Of a stretch of DNA of 64,000 bases, positions 39,925 through 55,050 are shown piece after piece. Both the position numbers and the translations under genes were made by a program. The stretch is from Heptranchias perlo (Eukaryota): positions 15,066,001 to 15,130,000 of the forward strand of contig NC_090340.1 of assembly GCF_035084215.1 (NCBI RefSeq), read 5' to 3'. Positions within the stretch are counted from its first letter, which is position 1, and every line of letters begins with the position of its first letter. Under the pieces are notes generated by a model. It had not been told where the DNA came from. It was given only the letters and a program-made list of their open reading frames with translations, and did not search any database.

Positions 39925-40869
39925 AATGCACTTACGTTGCACATTTTTTGAACATTCTGCAGTTTTTAATAGATGACAAATCGCTGCAACGCTACATAAT
40001 TGTTTTGCTGTACCTAGTTATTATCGTGCGTAATTTCAATAAAAAGACTTTCTACGATTTCTATCTTTTCACTATTAGTGATCCTTTTTCTTCGCGAGTA
40101 ATGCTGCAAAACTTGGGGTTTGATATATGTGTTGCCTTACTGCATTCAGAAGTCCAATCCAGGCGATTCTCCTGATGTGGAAGGCAGGACGCTCCAGTCT
40201 ATGGACTCGTCTATAAACCCACTGAACCCAGCTTGCAGTTGATGGAGCATGACATGCCTTTCTCTAAACTCTATATGAATATTCATTCCGATCCGAAACG
40301 ATGCGCCCAGACAATTCCAAGTAGCTTCCAGAGGAAAGGCCCCGATTATTCTCATCAGGATCTATCTTCAAGAGGACAGAGATTCTAGAGAGTTCTGAGG
40401 CAAGCAACAATAATGAATCCGGAAATGGCAATTCAGTTGTGAGGAAAGCCCCACGAAGCTGAATGCATTTCATTGGCGAAAATACCAAATTGAAATGGAT
40501 TCAGGTCTTTAAAATGTAGAAAGACGTGGATAAGATAGATATAAGCAGGTTGCATGGTTTAACGCGCAACCAGAGGCTCGGAATTAACAAGCCTCAGGAA
40601 AGAGAATAGAGCTACAACCATTTAGCTCTTTAAGCGTGGCTCCCTGGTCAGCTGAGGGAAAATTGTAGTTTGAATGGATAAACTGTCAGCTATTTAGGAA
40701 TTAGATCACTTCAATTACAGGGTGAGGACGAGCTGGTTACTGGAAGAACAGCAGCCCAGCACTTCCAGAGACTAAGCCTTTAACTCAGAATTCAAAGATA
40801 ATACAAGACGAAATGAATGAGTTGCATTTTATTTCGCCTAACTGCCCTGGTTTGATGACTGTGTCCATC

Positions 40870-42150
40870 ATCACACGTTTAATAGTCCTAGAATGTTACA
40901 GTGCAGAAGCAGATCATTGGGCTCTTAAAGTCTGTACCTTTTATCTCTCCATATGAACCACTTAATTTGTACTACTTTCACTTTAGATTCCAGCAATCTT
41001 TAATATCCCTCTTTTCAAGCAACTAATTCCATTTTAAAAGAAGTCCTGGGCTGGGTTTGTGGCAGAGAAGGCCATATCCTATTCTAACCAGCCTCTGTGT
41101 AGTGAGTATATTAACGCTCCCTTTATTTTATAAGATTATGTTCAATTTGTGATCAGTCGTTACATTCTACTGATCAATGGAAAAAATCTATCATTATTAG
41201 CTTAACATAACGCCTCAAAATCTGAAAACATATATCAGGCCACTTCTTAAACTTTTGAGCTCAAGTGAAAGATGTCCAAGATTCTCAAATAATAAGAACC
41301 CCACATTCCTGGTAATTAAGCCTGCCTCATTTCAATTGTTTTTTATATGTTTCCATAGTTTTAGAAAAACTCTTTCATGAGTTGAACATACCCTCTTTGA
41401 TTTTGTGTTCTATGCCACCAAATACTGAGCCAGGACATTCCATTTGCATTTTTATTTTATGATGAACTTCTGCTGCCATCATTCTTTAAGGTCCCTCTGC
41501 TGCTCTCCATTTAAAATCGTATAATTTAAGATACATTTCCCATTCTTACCTCCAGAAATGTACTATTTCACATTTCTCTCCATTCGCCATTGACCGTCTA
41601 TCTGCCCTTCGAACTAACGATCGATTTCGCCTGCAGGATTTCACAATCTGCATCGGAATGTCCTTCCTGCCTCCCCATTGATTGTCATCAGCAAATTTTA
41701 ATGTTGCTCCCTCAATTCGCCAGTCAAGATAATTAATCTTTATAATAAATAAAAGCAGCCCAACACAAACCCCAGGGGACACCTCTCGGTACATCTTTCC
41801 ACTCCGAGAAATGTCCTTTTACCATTACACTTTGTTTTCAGTCCTCCAATCATCTCTCTATCCCTGCGGCCAAGTTGTCCTTACTTCCACGTGCCTTTGT
41901 CATATGTGGTATCTTGTCAAATACTTTTTGAAAATACATACAATCTACATCTGCGACATTCACTTTTTCTATTATCTCTGTTATTTCTTCAATTCATTCT
42001 ATAAATCAAACTTGATCTGATTTTTCGAAATCCGTGTTGCCTGGACTTAATCAGCTCAAGTTTCGACAAGAACCTATCAGTTTTATGCCGACCGACGCAG
42101 GTCCTGCAAAATGCAAGCAAATGTGCAACTGTTTACCTGTCATTTTATGT
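40870..42150 (-). mobile_element. Old CR1 LINE
   Basis: LLLFIIKINYLD..KFADD..EKCEIVHF. Confidence 0.7.
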
Positions 42151-45100
42151 TTCAGGTTGCTTCACATTCTATTTTCTCATCTAATAACAATTCGTTGGCT
42201 TCGAGATGGAAATTAGGTCAACGTGGTATAGATTATTTTGATAATTAGTTAACCGAAAGTGACACATTCATGCAGTGCGTTCTACCAGTCCTGTGTGCTG
42301 ATAAAATGTAAGATATCAACCGAGGCGTTGACTAGTCAGGTTTTAGCTGCACGAGATGTTTTGCTAAATATTGACACTAGCGAATAGTTTTCTCAAGCAA
42401 AATAAACACATGGCTCAGCAGTTCAGCTCGAAGCACCAACTGTTCAAAGTTTAAATTTAGCTTTGTTAATTGCAACATCACGAAAACGCATCGAGTGTCT
42501 AATAATGGCGGTTATTAAACACCACCTTTCAATGTAATTGTGATTAGATATGATGTTCACATTTAACAGAGATACGATTTCACATTTGCCTTTGTAACAT
42601 CTGCTATCCGAATCAATAGCACAGCCAACAATATATAATCGAACTAAGGCGTTCCATTCTTTCCTATTTCATATTAATTGTAAGGCAAGCCGCAGAAGTA
42701 TTTCCTAAATGCACTTTCTGGGGCTTTATTGATTCATGCGTATACAAGTACAGTTAATTTAGTCAAATCCATGACATTTGCCATAATTTCTTCATGTACC
42801 ACAATATTGTGACATTGATCGCATGGGCTTCCAAATTATACGGTTTGGATATTGCCCAAAATGTCAACAGAGTTCGGTTAAAATGAAGCGCATGTTATTT
42901 AATCGCCCCATAATAGAAACCATTTTTAAATGAATGTTACTCGTTCAAGTTGTTCCTATCACGGTGTTTCCCGCCTGAAAACTGAAGATTGGAGGTGATA
43001 ACGGAATGGGTTTTGTAAATAATTTCAAAGGCAGCATCTGACCGTCCCGCTCCAACCACGTCAGGGCAGAGGCAAGAAGTCCGCATTCGGGATATCATAG
43101 AAAAGGCACATCCATACGGAATTCCTGCTCCCAGGCAGTCGGGAACCAGCAGTTTAGGACCATAAGAAGGGGTGAATGGAAGACAGCAGTAAGTGGAAAG
43201 GTAAAACACTGAAGGAATATAAGACAAATCGGTTACGAATATCTGCGTTAGAAGACACAGAATCGGTGGAGTTGATACACGTTTTGAGAAAGTAAATGTT
43301 AGCGTGGGATTAAAAAATAAATGATTGGATCGTGACTATTGTTTTACGACAATAGAACTAAATTTTAATTATTTCCCCTTTACACCCAGTACCAGCACAC
43401 GGTCACATGTCGCAGATAATGTATAGACCAGATCATTTTAAGTGTTTGAATATGAATTTTAAAGGCATTTCATAATGGGCATATCTAGTATCATTGTGAA
43501 TACATGATAGGGGCGTTAAGAGGTGATTTCAGCGTGTTATATTGTAACAACCTATACTCATTTATTTTCCATCTTTTTATCCAGAAGCAGCATTACAGAA
43601 TGTAAACAGTTACCGAGTAATGTTACAAATGCAGTTCGGTCATCTAGTTTCAAGTTTGCCTCGTCTTTTCCATAACCCTTTTCAAACTTGATGATGAGCT
43701 GCACCACGTTTGGACCTTCGTTTGTCATATGTGACAACACCCGTTCACCCACATAAGCACGATTTCGACTGAGTTTACCCAGCACTGACAGAAACCTGAG
43801 AGTTGGTAAATTCAAGAATGCCAGCAGTCCACAGTCCACAAAATCATTTGAGGTATTTGATGTTAAACTCGAACTTTAGTTGCCTTAGTGACTGATTCTG
43901 CACTAATGGTTCAATTGTTCAATTTGAAATTGTGTTATGGAAATACAAATTTACAACAAAAGGCTGCATATTTGAGAAAAACGTAACATATAATATAGGA
44001 ATCAACTTGTGTGCACAGGTCAAACCAGGGAGACTCAAAAGCCTAAGACAGTGGCCACACTTGACCTTTCGCAAACTGACGATTTTAATGACGACGGCAA
44101 AATAAAACACCGACCATTTTGATTGGAGAATGTCAGTACACGCTATCACGAAGATTGCATTGCTGTGTCACACTTGCATCTGATTTGCTTGTTAGGTTTT
44201 TGATAAAAAGCAACAAATTAGAACTGAAAAGGTAGAGAACGCCCAAATCAAACATTAGAATGGTGGTTAGAAGCACCACAAATGGGGAATTACTAAAAAC
44301 ATATTAAAATAATAAAGCATGAGCAGTGAGTAAAATCTTCAAATAAAATAGAGAGGAACCAATAAATTGCTCCATTTTTTGAAAATCCTTTGTTTTTTGT
44401 TCCACCACTAAGATGAGAGCTTACGCTGGAAATATTCAAACCTATTGACACAATAGCATTTTCTGTGTTTTCAACAGATTCTGAGAACGTTTCGGCTGGA
44501 AGTTTGCACCTCTCTGAGAAGCCTGAGTCAACAATGTAAGGGCTTGCCAGAGATATCACTCTTGTCATCTGAAATCAAGCCCCAACAAGACAGGAGAATA
44601 CAGCTCCCACCTGCACTGCTGCGACTGATTTTACCAGCCTGTGTAGAGAATTGCGAGCATGCACTTACAGCTGCTTCCTTTCTGAATCCAATGAGCACCA
44701 TCTGTCAGAACATGCTACGAATTGTGGTCTGTAAACACATCCTTTGTCCCTTTGCAGCAACGAAAGAGGCATTGCTGGGGAATGATCGAAGTGAAACGGT
44801 AAAGAAGCCTTTATTTTCCTCATCGAATACTTTAAGAGTAACAGCAAGTTTTTACATGGAACATTAACGCAATGTAAAGCAGGAACTTTTGAACACTTTC
44901 TTAAGGAACTATATTCAACCGGTTAGTGATTTAGGTCACTATCGATATTACATATTTATTGGTTTATATAACTGTTTTATGCGATTGAAACAAAGTGATT
45001 TATTTACACCTCCTGCAGTGGGTGAGAAAAACGCCATTTGATTGATTAATTAATTGTTAGTTCAATTAGTAATTTTCAGGAAGCAATTCAAACAGTTGCT

Positions 45101-45769
45101 TCAAAAACTCTCACGAACTTCTTTCCAATTCCGTCCAATGGCGATATTCACCTCTTTGACATGGAAACTTAATGGCAGAGGTTCCTTTCACCCTAATAGC
45201 AAGCGTCCGAAATGCGTTTGACCAGTTCTTTCTGTGTATGGGTCACAGAACCAAATGGCCCTGCTTGGAACCAATTGTCACTCTCACTGAGAGAAACCAC
45301 ATGGGAGCATGGGAGTGAACAAAGTCCTACTGGTATACTTGCCAGCGTTCTACTCAGGTTTGGACTGAGCCATTTGCTTAGCTCCATGCCTGCTTCCCTT
45401 CTGGGTGGTGCTGACACCATAAAATGTCCTCTGTTATCTGTAACGGCATTGTAAACCTATTCGTTATAAATGGATTCGGAATGTTGTTCTATATCAAACA
45501 CGGTGAATAACCACATAAGTCAAACAGGAAATAGTTCCACTCCCCAGCCCTCACATCCTTCGACTCGATTAATGCAACATTATTCCTAACAGATTTTAAA
45601 AAGGAGGAAGATGGTGTTTGACGTTCAGTTCTCTTAAAATCAGAAATATTCAAAATCAGATTACACTACGGTCGTGCACTTCAGCTGTTCAGTAAAAGTA
45701 GACACAGAAAAAATATTGATACAATGAATCGCTTAGTGATGTGCAAGTATTAACAGTGTCGTCATATGT

Positions 45770-46150
45770 TCAATAGCTCAACGCAAGATCGAGGAACAGC
45801 ACCTCATCTTTCGATTAGGCACTTTACAGCCTTCTGGCCTCAAAACTGAGTTCAACAACTTCAGATTATATCCACCGCTCCGATTTTATCGGACAACATG
45901 TCCTGATTATATTTCCACTGTTAGCATTTACACTTTCTCTCGACCCGTTTTTTGTTTCTTCATTTGTTCCATTACCACCGCCATTTACCATTCACCATCA
46001 CCCCTTTTGCCATTTAATCACTCCTGCTCTCCACCGTATCACAGACTTTCCGCTTTGTTCTTACCTCGCCCCTCCCCCCTCCCCCCTCCCTTTTTTTGCC
46101 TGGCTCTGTAATTCCTTACAAACTGTTAAATTTCTAACTTCTTCCAGTTA
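45770..46150 (+). mobile_element. Penelope-like 3' fragment of a different family
   Basis: RKIEEQHLIFRLGTLQPSGLKTEFNNFR, the C-terminus of the GIY-YIG region. Confidence 0.7.
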
Positions 46151-49050
46151 CGAACATACGAAATTGACGGGCAGGAAAAGAGCAACTGGTCCATCAATCT
46201 GCCCCACACCATGATGGCCGGACCATCATGGCTAAACGCCCCTTCCCTCTTCCGATCTCACACCCTCACACCCACCCCTGCATCCATATAACCTCCTGGG
46301 AGAAGTAAAAAACAGAAAACAGCCGGACCATTGAGTGAAAAAATATGCTTTAAACTCCCTCTCCGACCCCCTTTGGCGATCGAAACCAGTCCAGAAGTTC
46401 ACTTGGACCAAGTGTTATGTATTAAGATAATTAACTTCTATATGATGCGATCTCTGCCCCTGTCAGGAACCGGCCCAGCTCTCTCTTGAAAGCAGTATAG
46501 AGAGTCAACAACCACCACACAAGCCGGCAATGTATTCCAGGGTCTCACAATTCTCTGGGAATAGAAGAACCGCTTAACATCCAGTCTATTCCTACTCTTA
46601 CATAGTTTAAACTCGTGTTCCCTGGACCTCCCCAACATTTTAAACAGGAATAATCTATCACTAGGAATGCTATCCAGCCCTTTAATTATGTTATAGACCG
46701 TTATCACGTCACCTCTAAGTCGACGCTGCTCTAAAGTAAATAGACCAAGGTCCTTGAGCCTATCTAAGTAGCTGAGTTTCTTTAAGCTAAGAATCATTAT
46801 TGTAGCTCTTCTCTGGACCTTTGCCAATGACACTGGATCAACCACCATGTGGGGGGACCGAAACTGGGCACAGTACTCTGGATGCGATCTGATCAGCGAC
46901 CTGTATAGTGTTGAAATGTTTTATTCCCGCATTCTCCACTCACTTTTCTCTATAAATGCTGGAATATGGGATTAGAGTAGACAGGGCTGATGGCCGGCGC
47001 GGACACGATGGGCCGAAGGGCCTCTATCCGTGCTGTATAACTCTATGACTCTATGACTCTATGAATGGTTCTATTAATACAACCCATTACCTTTTTAGCT
47101 TTACCTGCAGTTTATCTACATTTAGTGTTCTGTGCACAATAACACCAAGATCTTTTTGTCACTGAACCTTTTTCAATAGTGTTCCCTGCAAATGATACAT
47201 ATATTCTATGTTGGCCCTACCAACATGCCTGGCAGTAAATTCCCCACTCCTCTAGAACATCTAAACTTTATGGATTTGATTGAACTTGTCCACCGTCTTA
47301 ACCTTTGCACAGATTTTGGTGTCATCTGCAAACTTATTTACCATACTCCGAACACCAATGTCCAGGACAATAATAAAGACCATGAGGAGTAGCGGGCCTC
47401 GGATCGATCCCTGGGGTCACCACTAGTAACATGTCTCCAAGCTGAACCACATCCGTTAACTACAACCTTTCCTATCTGTTCCAAACACCTTGTATCCAGG
47501 AATATTTAACACCCAATCCTGCCCTTTTTTGAGCCGGGTCTACGTTATCGCTACTGCATTATATTCCCATGTGGCTATTTGCACCTGCAGCTCATCAACC
47601 TTATTTGCCATGCTTCGTGCATTTAAACAGTTGCACTCTAAACCTAACTTAGACCTTCTCGTATTGTCTCTCAATCTGATCCCACCTAATACTGCACTAT
47701 TTGTTACTCTAGTTCTATCTGCCTCTCCCAAGCCCTTGTGGACCTTGTTTCTCCTTTCTAATGCTAATCCCTGGTGCCCACCAACCTACCAAATTAGTTT
47801 AACCGCCCACTCTCCCCCGCAGCACTATTGAACCTCCGTGCGAGTACATTGGTCCCAGCTCTGTTGACGTGCAAAAGTCTGTCTTGAACTGATCCCTCCT
47901 GCCCCAGAACTGGGCCCAACGCACCAAGAATCTGAAGCCCTCCCTTTTGCATCATATCTCCAGCCACACATTAACCTGCCTTATCTTCCTATTTCTGTAC
48001 TGACTGGCGCATGGGACTGGGAGTAATCCAAAGATTACTACCTTTGAGGTCCTGTTTTTTAGCTTCCTCTCTAGCTCCTGAAACTCTAGCCACAGGACCT
48101 CATCCATTTTCTTTCCTATGTCTTTGGTAGCCAGATGGACCACGACTTCTGGCTGTTCGCCTTCCCCCCGCAGAATGTTCTGTACCCTCTCTATGATGTC
48201 TTTTACACTAGCACCAGGGAGGCAACACAACATGCAGGACTCAAGTCGACGATCACAGAAACGCCTATCTCTCCCCCTGACAATCGAATCCCCGAAAACT
48301 ACTACATTTCTACACTTCACTGTGCCCCCTCTGCAGTCCTTTGCCCATGGTCCCATACTCAGGATTTGACTCCTCCGAGGTGTCGTCACCCTCACTGGTA
48401 TTCAATGCTGAAAACCGGTTTGAAAGTGCCACACACCTGGAAGATTCCTACACTGCCTGCCTCTTCCTATCCTTTCGGATGGCCACTCACTTGCTATCCT
48501 GAACTCTCTGTGGCTGCGGGGTAACCACCTCCTGGAACGTACGATCCAGGAAACCTTCAACCTCCCTTATGCTCTGCAGTGACTTCAGCTGCCCTTCCAG
48601 CTCACAAACCCTCAGCTTGAGCTCGAGCAACTGAAGGCATTTCCTGTACATGTGGCCTTCCAGGACACATAAACCATCCTGTAGTTCCCACATGGCGGAA
48701 GAATTGCAGGCAATGGGTCTCAGCTGCCCGTCCATTATGTTTAGAAACCTTTTATTTTTCTAAACTCCCTTAAGATGCTCTTATTATTGATTTACTTATT
48801 GTTACTTAACCCGATTAACCTACCCTTTTAGTCCGGTTCTATCAGAGCACTTCCTTTCTGTGCACTGTCCTTCTCCAACTACATCTGATTCTCCCCTCAC
48901 CAAATTCTCAACCACCCACTGTGCAATCCACTCCGTTCACTCTGTGCTTCAGCAGATACCGTCTACTTTATACACCTTTTAAGGACAGCAGTTACAACTG
49001 CTCGATCAACCTCCAGCACACAGTAATTACTCTCTATTCAGACAAACTTA
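46150..49050 (-). mobile_element. CR1 fragments: ORF2 3' end (46150-47490) and ORF1/5' end (47490-49050)
   Basis: LGLFTLEQRRLRGD; VVFGDSIVRG..CCLPGA esterase; CNSSAMWEL..RKCLQL. Confidence 0.87.
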
Positions 49051-49644
49051 CAGCTGATTAACTATTTACTGCCACTGACTTGCAGATTCTGTTAACTGCT
49101 ATCTAATTTGCACATTTTCCATAACAGTAGAACTTTGCATAATATCCTATTCTTTACAACCTTTGACTCATTGTGAACAATGCCACAAGAGATTCACTAG
49201 TTATGTATAAAACAAATCTAACAGCTTTGCATAGGTCACGTCTCCTTCATCCATTATAAATATATCACTGTACATGATTAATAGAAACAGCCAAAATAAA
49301 CTTGTCACACTGCAGGTACACCATGTCACCAGTGAAGTCTCTACTGCGCCAGGACAAGCAAGAAAGTGTAATTAGAGATTGACAAGTTTAACTTGGCAGT
49401 TTACATTATAAATTTGGGTACAAGAATTACTATGGAAAATGCAGAAAAAATAAGACGTGATATATGACTTTAAAACGTGATTGAATATCTATGTGCACAT
49501 TCTGGTCCAATTATAAGCTGCCGATTAAATCGTTTTAATTGAAGACAACACATGGCCTTGAATCTCTGTCTGCAAAGCCACGGGCAGTTAATTAGTAATA
49601 TATGAACAATCTTACATCTACACATATTTCAAATATAAATTCCG

Positions 49645-52600
49645 CTCATAAGAACATAGGAATATAAGAAATAGGAGCTGGAGTCGGCCATACAGCCGCT
49701 CGAGACTGCTCCACCATTCAATAAGATCAAGGCTGATCTTCGACATCAATTCCACTTTCCCACCCGATCCCCAAATCCCTTGATTCCCCGAGAGTCCAAA
49801 AATCTTATCGATCTCAGTCTTGAATATAGTCAACGACTGAGCATCTGCAGCTCTCTGGGGTGGAGAATGCCAAAGATTCACAACCCTCTGAGTAAAGAAA
49901 TTCCTCCTCATCTCAGTCCTAAATGGCTAACCTCTTATCCTAAGACTATGGCCCCTAGTTCCAGACTTTCCACTCAGAGGAAACAGCCTCTCACCATCGA
50001 CCATGTCAAGCCCTCTCAGAATCGTATATGTTTCAATGAAAATAGCTCTCATTCTTCCAAATTCCATAGAGTATCGGCCCATTTCACTCTATTTCTCCTC
50101 ATAGGACAACACTCCCATTCCAGGAATTAATCTAGTGAACCTTCGTTGCACCTCCTTTAAGGCAAGTAAATCCTTCCGTAAGTAAGAGGACCAAAACTTT
50201 ACAAAGTACACCAGGTGTGGTCTCACCAAAGCCCTGTACAATTGTGACAAGACTTCCTTATTCTTGTACTCCAACCCCCTTGCAATAAAGGCCAATGTAC
50301 CATGTTCCTCCCTGATTGCTTGCTATACTTTCATGTTAACTTTCTGTGTTTCGTGAACAAGAATATCCGAATCATAGAATCATAGATCATAGAATGTTAT
50401 GGCACAGAAGGAGGCCATTCGGCCCATCGTGTCCGTGCCAGCCGGAAAAGAGCAGTCCAGTTTAATCCCACTTTCCAGGGCTTGGTCCGTAGCCCTATAG
50501 ATTACTGCATTTTATGTGCACATCCAGGTATTTTTGAATGAGTTGAGGGTTTCTGCCTCTACCACCCCTTCAGCCAGTGAGTTTCAGACCCCCACCACCC
50601 TCTGGGTGAAGAAAAGTCTCCTCAGCTCCCATCTAATCCTTCGACCAAATACTTTGAATCTATGCCCCAGGTCGCTGATCCCTCTGCTAAGGGAAATAGG
50701 TCCTTCCTATCCACTCTATCATAGAATCATCGAAAGGTTACAGCACGGAAGGAGGCCCATCAGCCCATCAAGTCCGCCCCGGCTCTATGCTGGAGCAATC
50801 CAGCTAGTCCCACTCCCCTGCACTTTCCCTGTAGCCCTGCAATATTTTTCTTTTCAACTTCTTATCCAGTTCCCATTTGACGGCCATGATTGAATCTGCT
50901 TCCACCACCCCCTCGGTTAGTGCATTCCAGATCCTAACCACTCGCTGTGTAATAAAGTTTTTCTTCATTTCACCTTTGTTGTTTTTCTGTGCCAGTAACC
51001 TTAAATCTATGTTCTCTGGTCCTTGACCCTTCCGGCAATGGGAACAGTTTCTCTCTGTCTACTCTGTCTAGACACTTCATGATTTTGAATGCCTCTATCA
51101 AATCTCCTCGCAACCGTCTCTGTTCCAAGGAGAACAACCCCAGCTTCTCCAGTCTATCCACCTAACTAAAGTCCCTCATCCCTGGAATCATTCTAGTAAA
51201 TCTCTTCTGCACTACTTCTAAGGCCTTCATATCTTTCCTAAGGTGCCCAGAACTGGACACAATACTTCAGTTGTGGCAGAACCAATGCTTTATAAAGGTG
51301 CATCGTGACTTCCATACTTTTGTGCTCTATGCCTCTATTTATAAAGCTCAGGATCCCGTATACTTTTTCAACCTGCCCTGCCATCTTCAACGATATGTGC
51401 ACATATACCCACAGATCTCTCTGTTTCTGTACCCCTTTTACAGTCGTGCACTGTAGTTTATATTGTCTCTCCTCATTCTTCCTACCGGAGTATATCAATT
51501 TGCATTTTCCTACATTAAATTTCAGCTGTCATGTGTCCACCCATGCCACCAGCCTGTCTATATCCTTTTGAAGTCTATCATTATTAAAATCCTCCTCACT
51601 GTTTACTATCCTTCCAAATTTTGTGTCATCTGCACATTTTGAAGTTGTGCCCAGTACACCCAAGTCCAAGTCATTAACATATATCAAGAAAAGCAGTGGT
51701 CCCAGCACTGACATCAGGGATCACCATTCTACACCACAACTCTCTGTTTCCCGAGCCATCTCCTCCTTAAAGGCTGCCCACTGTTCAATTACAGTTTTGC
51801 CTGCCAATCTTTGATTCCAAATTACCCGAGCACTATCTGTTCTCATGCCATTGAGATTGGCCCTTCTCCAATTGAGTATTTTTTACTTTAGACTGGTCTG
51901 TGAGCTTTTGCATAGCTATTCCAAACCTTATCATACTCGGATCGCTGCTCCCTGAATGCTCTCCCACTGACACTTGCTCCACTTGGCCCACCTCATTCCC
52001 CAGAACCAAGTCCAGCAATGCCTCCTTCCTAATTGTGCCAGAAACGTATGGGTTAAGAATGTTATCCTGAACACATTTCAAAAATTCCTCCCCCTCTGTG
52101 CCCTTATATTATTATTGTTATCCCAGTCTATGTTAGGATAGTTGAAGTCCCCAGTTAGCACTACTCCAGAGCTATTGCACCTCTCTGTAATTTCCCTGCA
52201 AATTTGCTCCTCTATATCCTTCCCACTAATTGGTGGCCTTTAGAATACACCCAGTAGTGCAATGGCCCCTCTTTTATTTTTTTAACTCTAACCAAATAGA
52301 TTCTGTCCTTGACCCCTAAAAGACATCCTCTTTCTTCGGTACTGCAATATTCTCCTTAACCAATACTGCCACCTACCCGCCCCCCACCTCCTTTTTTCCT
52401 TCCTGATCTTTCCCGAACACTTTGTATCAATGAATATTTAGCACACAATCCTGTCCTTTTTTGAGCCAGGTCTCCATTATCGCCACGACATCGTATTCCC
52501 ATGTGGCTATTTGCGTCTGGACCTCACCAAACTTGTTTACCACTCTTCGTGCGTTTACACACATGCACTGCAAACCAATCATACCCTTTCCTTTACTCTC

Positions 52601-55050
52601 TCTTAGTCTGATCCCACCTAATTCTGTATTATTACTTGCTTTAATGCTATTCATCTCCCCCGATCCTTTGTGCCCATTGTTTCTCATTTCCATTGTACAC
52701 ACTGGTGCCCATCCCCCTGCAATACTAGTTTAAACACCCCCTCCCAAAGCACTTTCGAAACCTCCCCGCAAGGACATTGGTCCCAGCTCTATTGACGTGC
52801 AACCCATCCGTCCTGTACAGGTCCCACCTTCCCCAGAACAGGTCCCAATGCTCCAGCAATCTAAAGTCCTCCTTCCTGCACCATCTCTCCAGCCACGCAT
52901 TCACCTGCTCTATCCTCCTATTTCTATGCTCAGTAACGTGTGGCACCGGGAGCAATCCGGAGTTTACTACTTTTGAGGTCTTGTTTCTTAATCTCTTTGC
53001 CATCAAAATTTTAGGAGCCTCAATTAAATCTCCCCTCAGCTTGCTTTGTTCCAAAGAAAACAACCCCAGGCTATCCAATCTTTTCTCATGAAAAAATTCT
53101 CCAGCCCTGGCAACATCCTCGTAAATCTCCTCTGTACCCTTTCTGGTGCAATCACATATTTCCTGTAATGTGGTGCCCAGAACTGTATGCAGTACTCAAG
53201 CTGTGTGTAACCAATGTTTTATATGGCTCTAGCATAATCTCCTTGTGCTATACTCTATGCCTCGGATAATAAAGGAAAGTATCCCGTATGCCTTTTTAAA
53301 CACCTTATCCACCCGTCCTGCTACCTTCAGGGATATGTGAACATGCACTCCAAGGTCCCTTTGTTCCTCGACACCTCTCAACATCCTTCCATTTATCCCT
53401 TGCCTTGTTTGCCCTCCCAAATGCATCACCTCACACTTCTTTGGATTGACTTCCACCAAATCTCTCTGAACACCTACTCTTACTAATTTCTCACCATTTA
53501 ATAAATAATCTGTTTGTCTACTCTTCCTACCAAAGTGAATAACCTCACATTTCACATTATACTCCGTCTGCCACCTTCTTGCCGACTCACGTAAACTGTC
53601 TATATCCCTTTGCAGACTCTTTGTGTCACACAGCTTACTTTCCCACCTCGCTTTTTATGGTCAGCAAACGTAGATACATTACACTCGGTCCCTTCATCTC
53701 AGTCATTAATATAGATTGTAACTAGCTGAGGCTCAAGCACTGATCAGTGTGGCACCACCCTAATTACAGCCTGCCAACCAGAAAATGACTCGTTTATTCC
53801 TACTCTTTATTTTCTGTCCGTTAACCAATCATCTATCCATGCTAGTATATTACCACCAACTCCATAAGCCCATATCTTATGTCACAACCTTTTGTGTGGC
53901 AACTTATCGAATGCATTTGAAAATCCAAATATACTACATCCACTGGCTCCCCGTTATCTACCCTGCTAGTTACATCCTCAAAAAATTCCAATAGATTTGT
54001 CAAATACGATTTCCATTTCATAAAATCATGTTGACTCTGCCGAATCATATTATGATTTTCTAAGTGCCCCGTTACTTTGTCCTTAATAGTGGATTCCAGC
54101 ATTTTCCCGACAACTGATGTCAAGCCAAATGGCCTGTAGTTGCTTGTTTTCGCTCCCTCTTTTCTTGAATAGCGGTGTTACATTTGATACACACCAAGCT
54201 ATTGGGACCCTTCTCGAAAATAGGCAATTTTGAAAGATCACAACCAATGCATCCATTATTTCTGCAGCCACCTCTTTTAGAACTCTAGAACTTTAGGATT
54301 TCGGCCATCAGGTCCAGGGGATTCATTGGCTTTTAGTCCCATTAATTTCTCCAGTACCTTTTCTTTGCTAATATTAATTACGTTAAGTTCCTCATTCTTG
54401 TTAGACCCTTGGTTTCCCACTATTTCGAGCATTTTTTTGTGTTCTCTACTGTGAAGACAAATATAAAATACTTGTTTAACGTCTCTGCCATTTCCTTATT
54501 CCCCATTATAATTTTTCCTGTCTGTGCCTCTAAGGGACCCAGGTTTAACGTCGTTACTTCCTTCCTTTTTATATACTTGTAGAAATCTTACAATCTGGTC
54601 TTATATTTCTTTTTAGTTTACTCTCATTTTCTATTTTCTCCCACTTCATCAATTTTTTATCATCCTTTGCAGGTTTCTAAAACTTTCCTAATCCTTAGGC
54701 TTACTTCCCTTGTTCGCAACATTATAAGCCTCTTCTTTTAATCTAATACTATCCATAACTTCTTTAGTTAACCACGGATGGATCACTTTTCCAGTGGAGT
54801 TTGTATTCCTCAATGGAATATATATTTGTTGAGAATTATGATTTTTTTTTAAATGTTCACCACTGCTTGTCCACCGGCATATCTTTTAACCTAATTTCCC
54901 AATCAACCTTAGCTAACTCTCCTCTTATACCTATGTTACTGGCTTTGTTTATGATCAAGACTCTAGTTTTGGACTTAAGTATGTAACGTCGAACTCAATG
55001 TGAAATTCTATCACATTATGATCACTCTTCCCCAGAGGATGCCTTACCAT
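49645..55050 (-). mobile_element. Nested stack of CR1 LINE fragments
   Basis: Repeated RT C-terminal, APE and esterase motifs with several (catagaat)n tails. Confidence 0.88.

Noticed and set aside
42937-43227. 96-aa minus-strand ORF, and the 93-aa ORF at 43558-43839
   Set aside because: No recognisable domain and no consistent exon chain.
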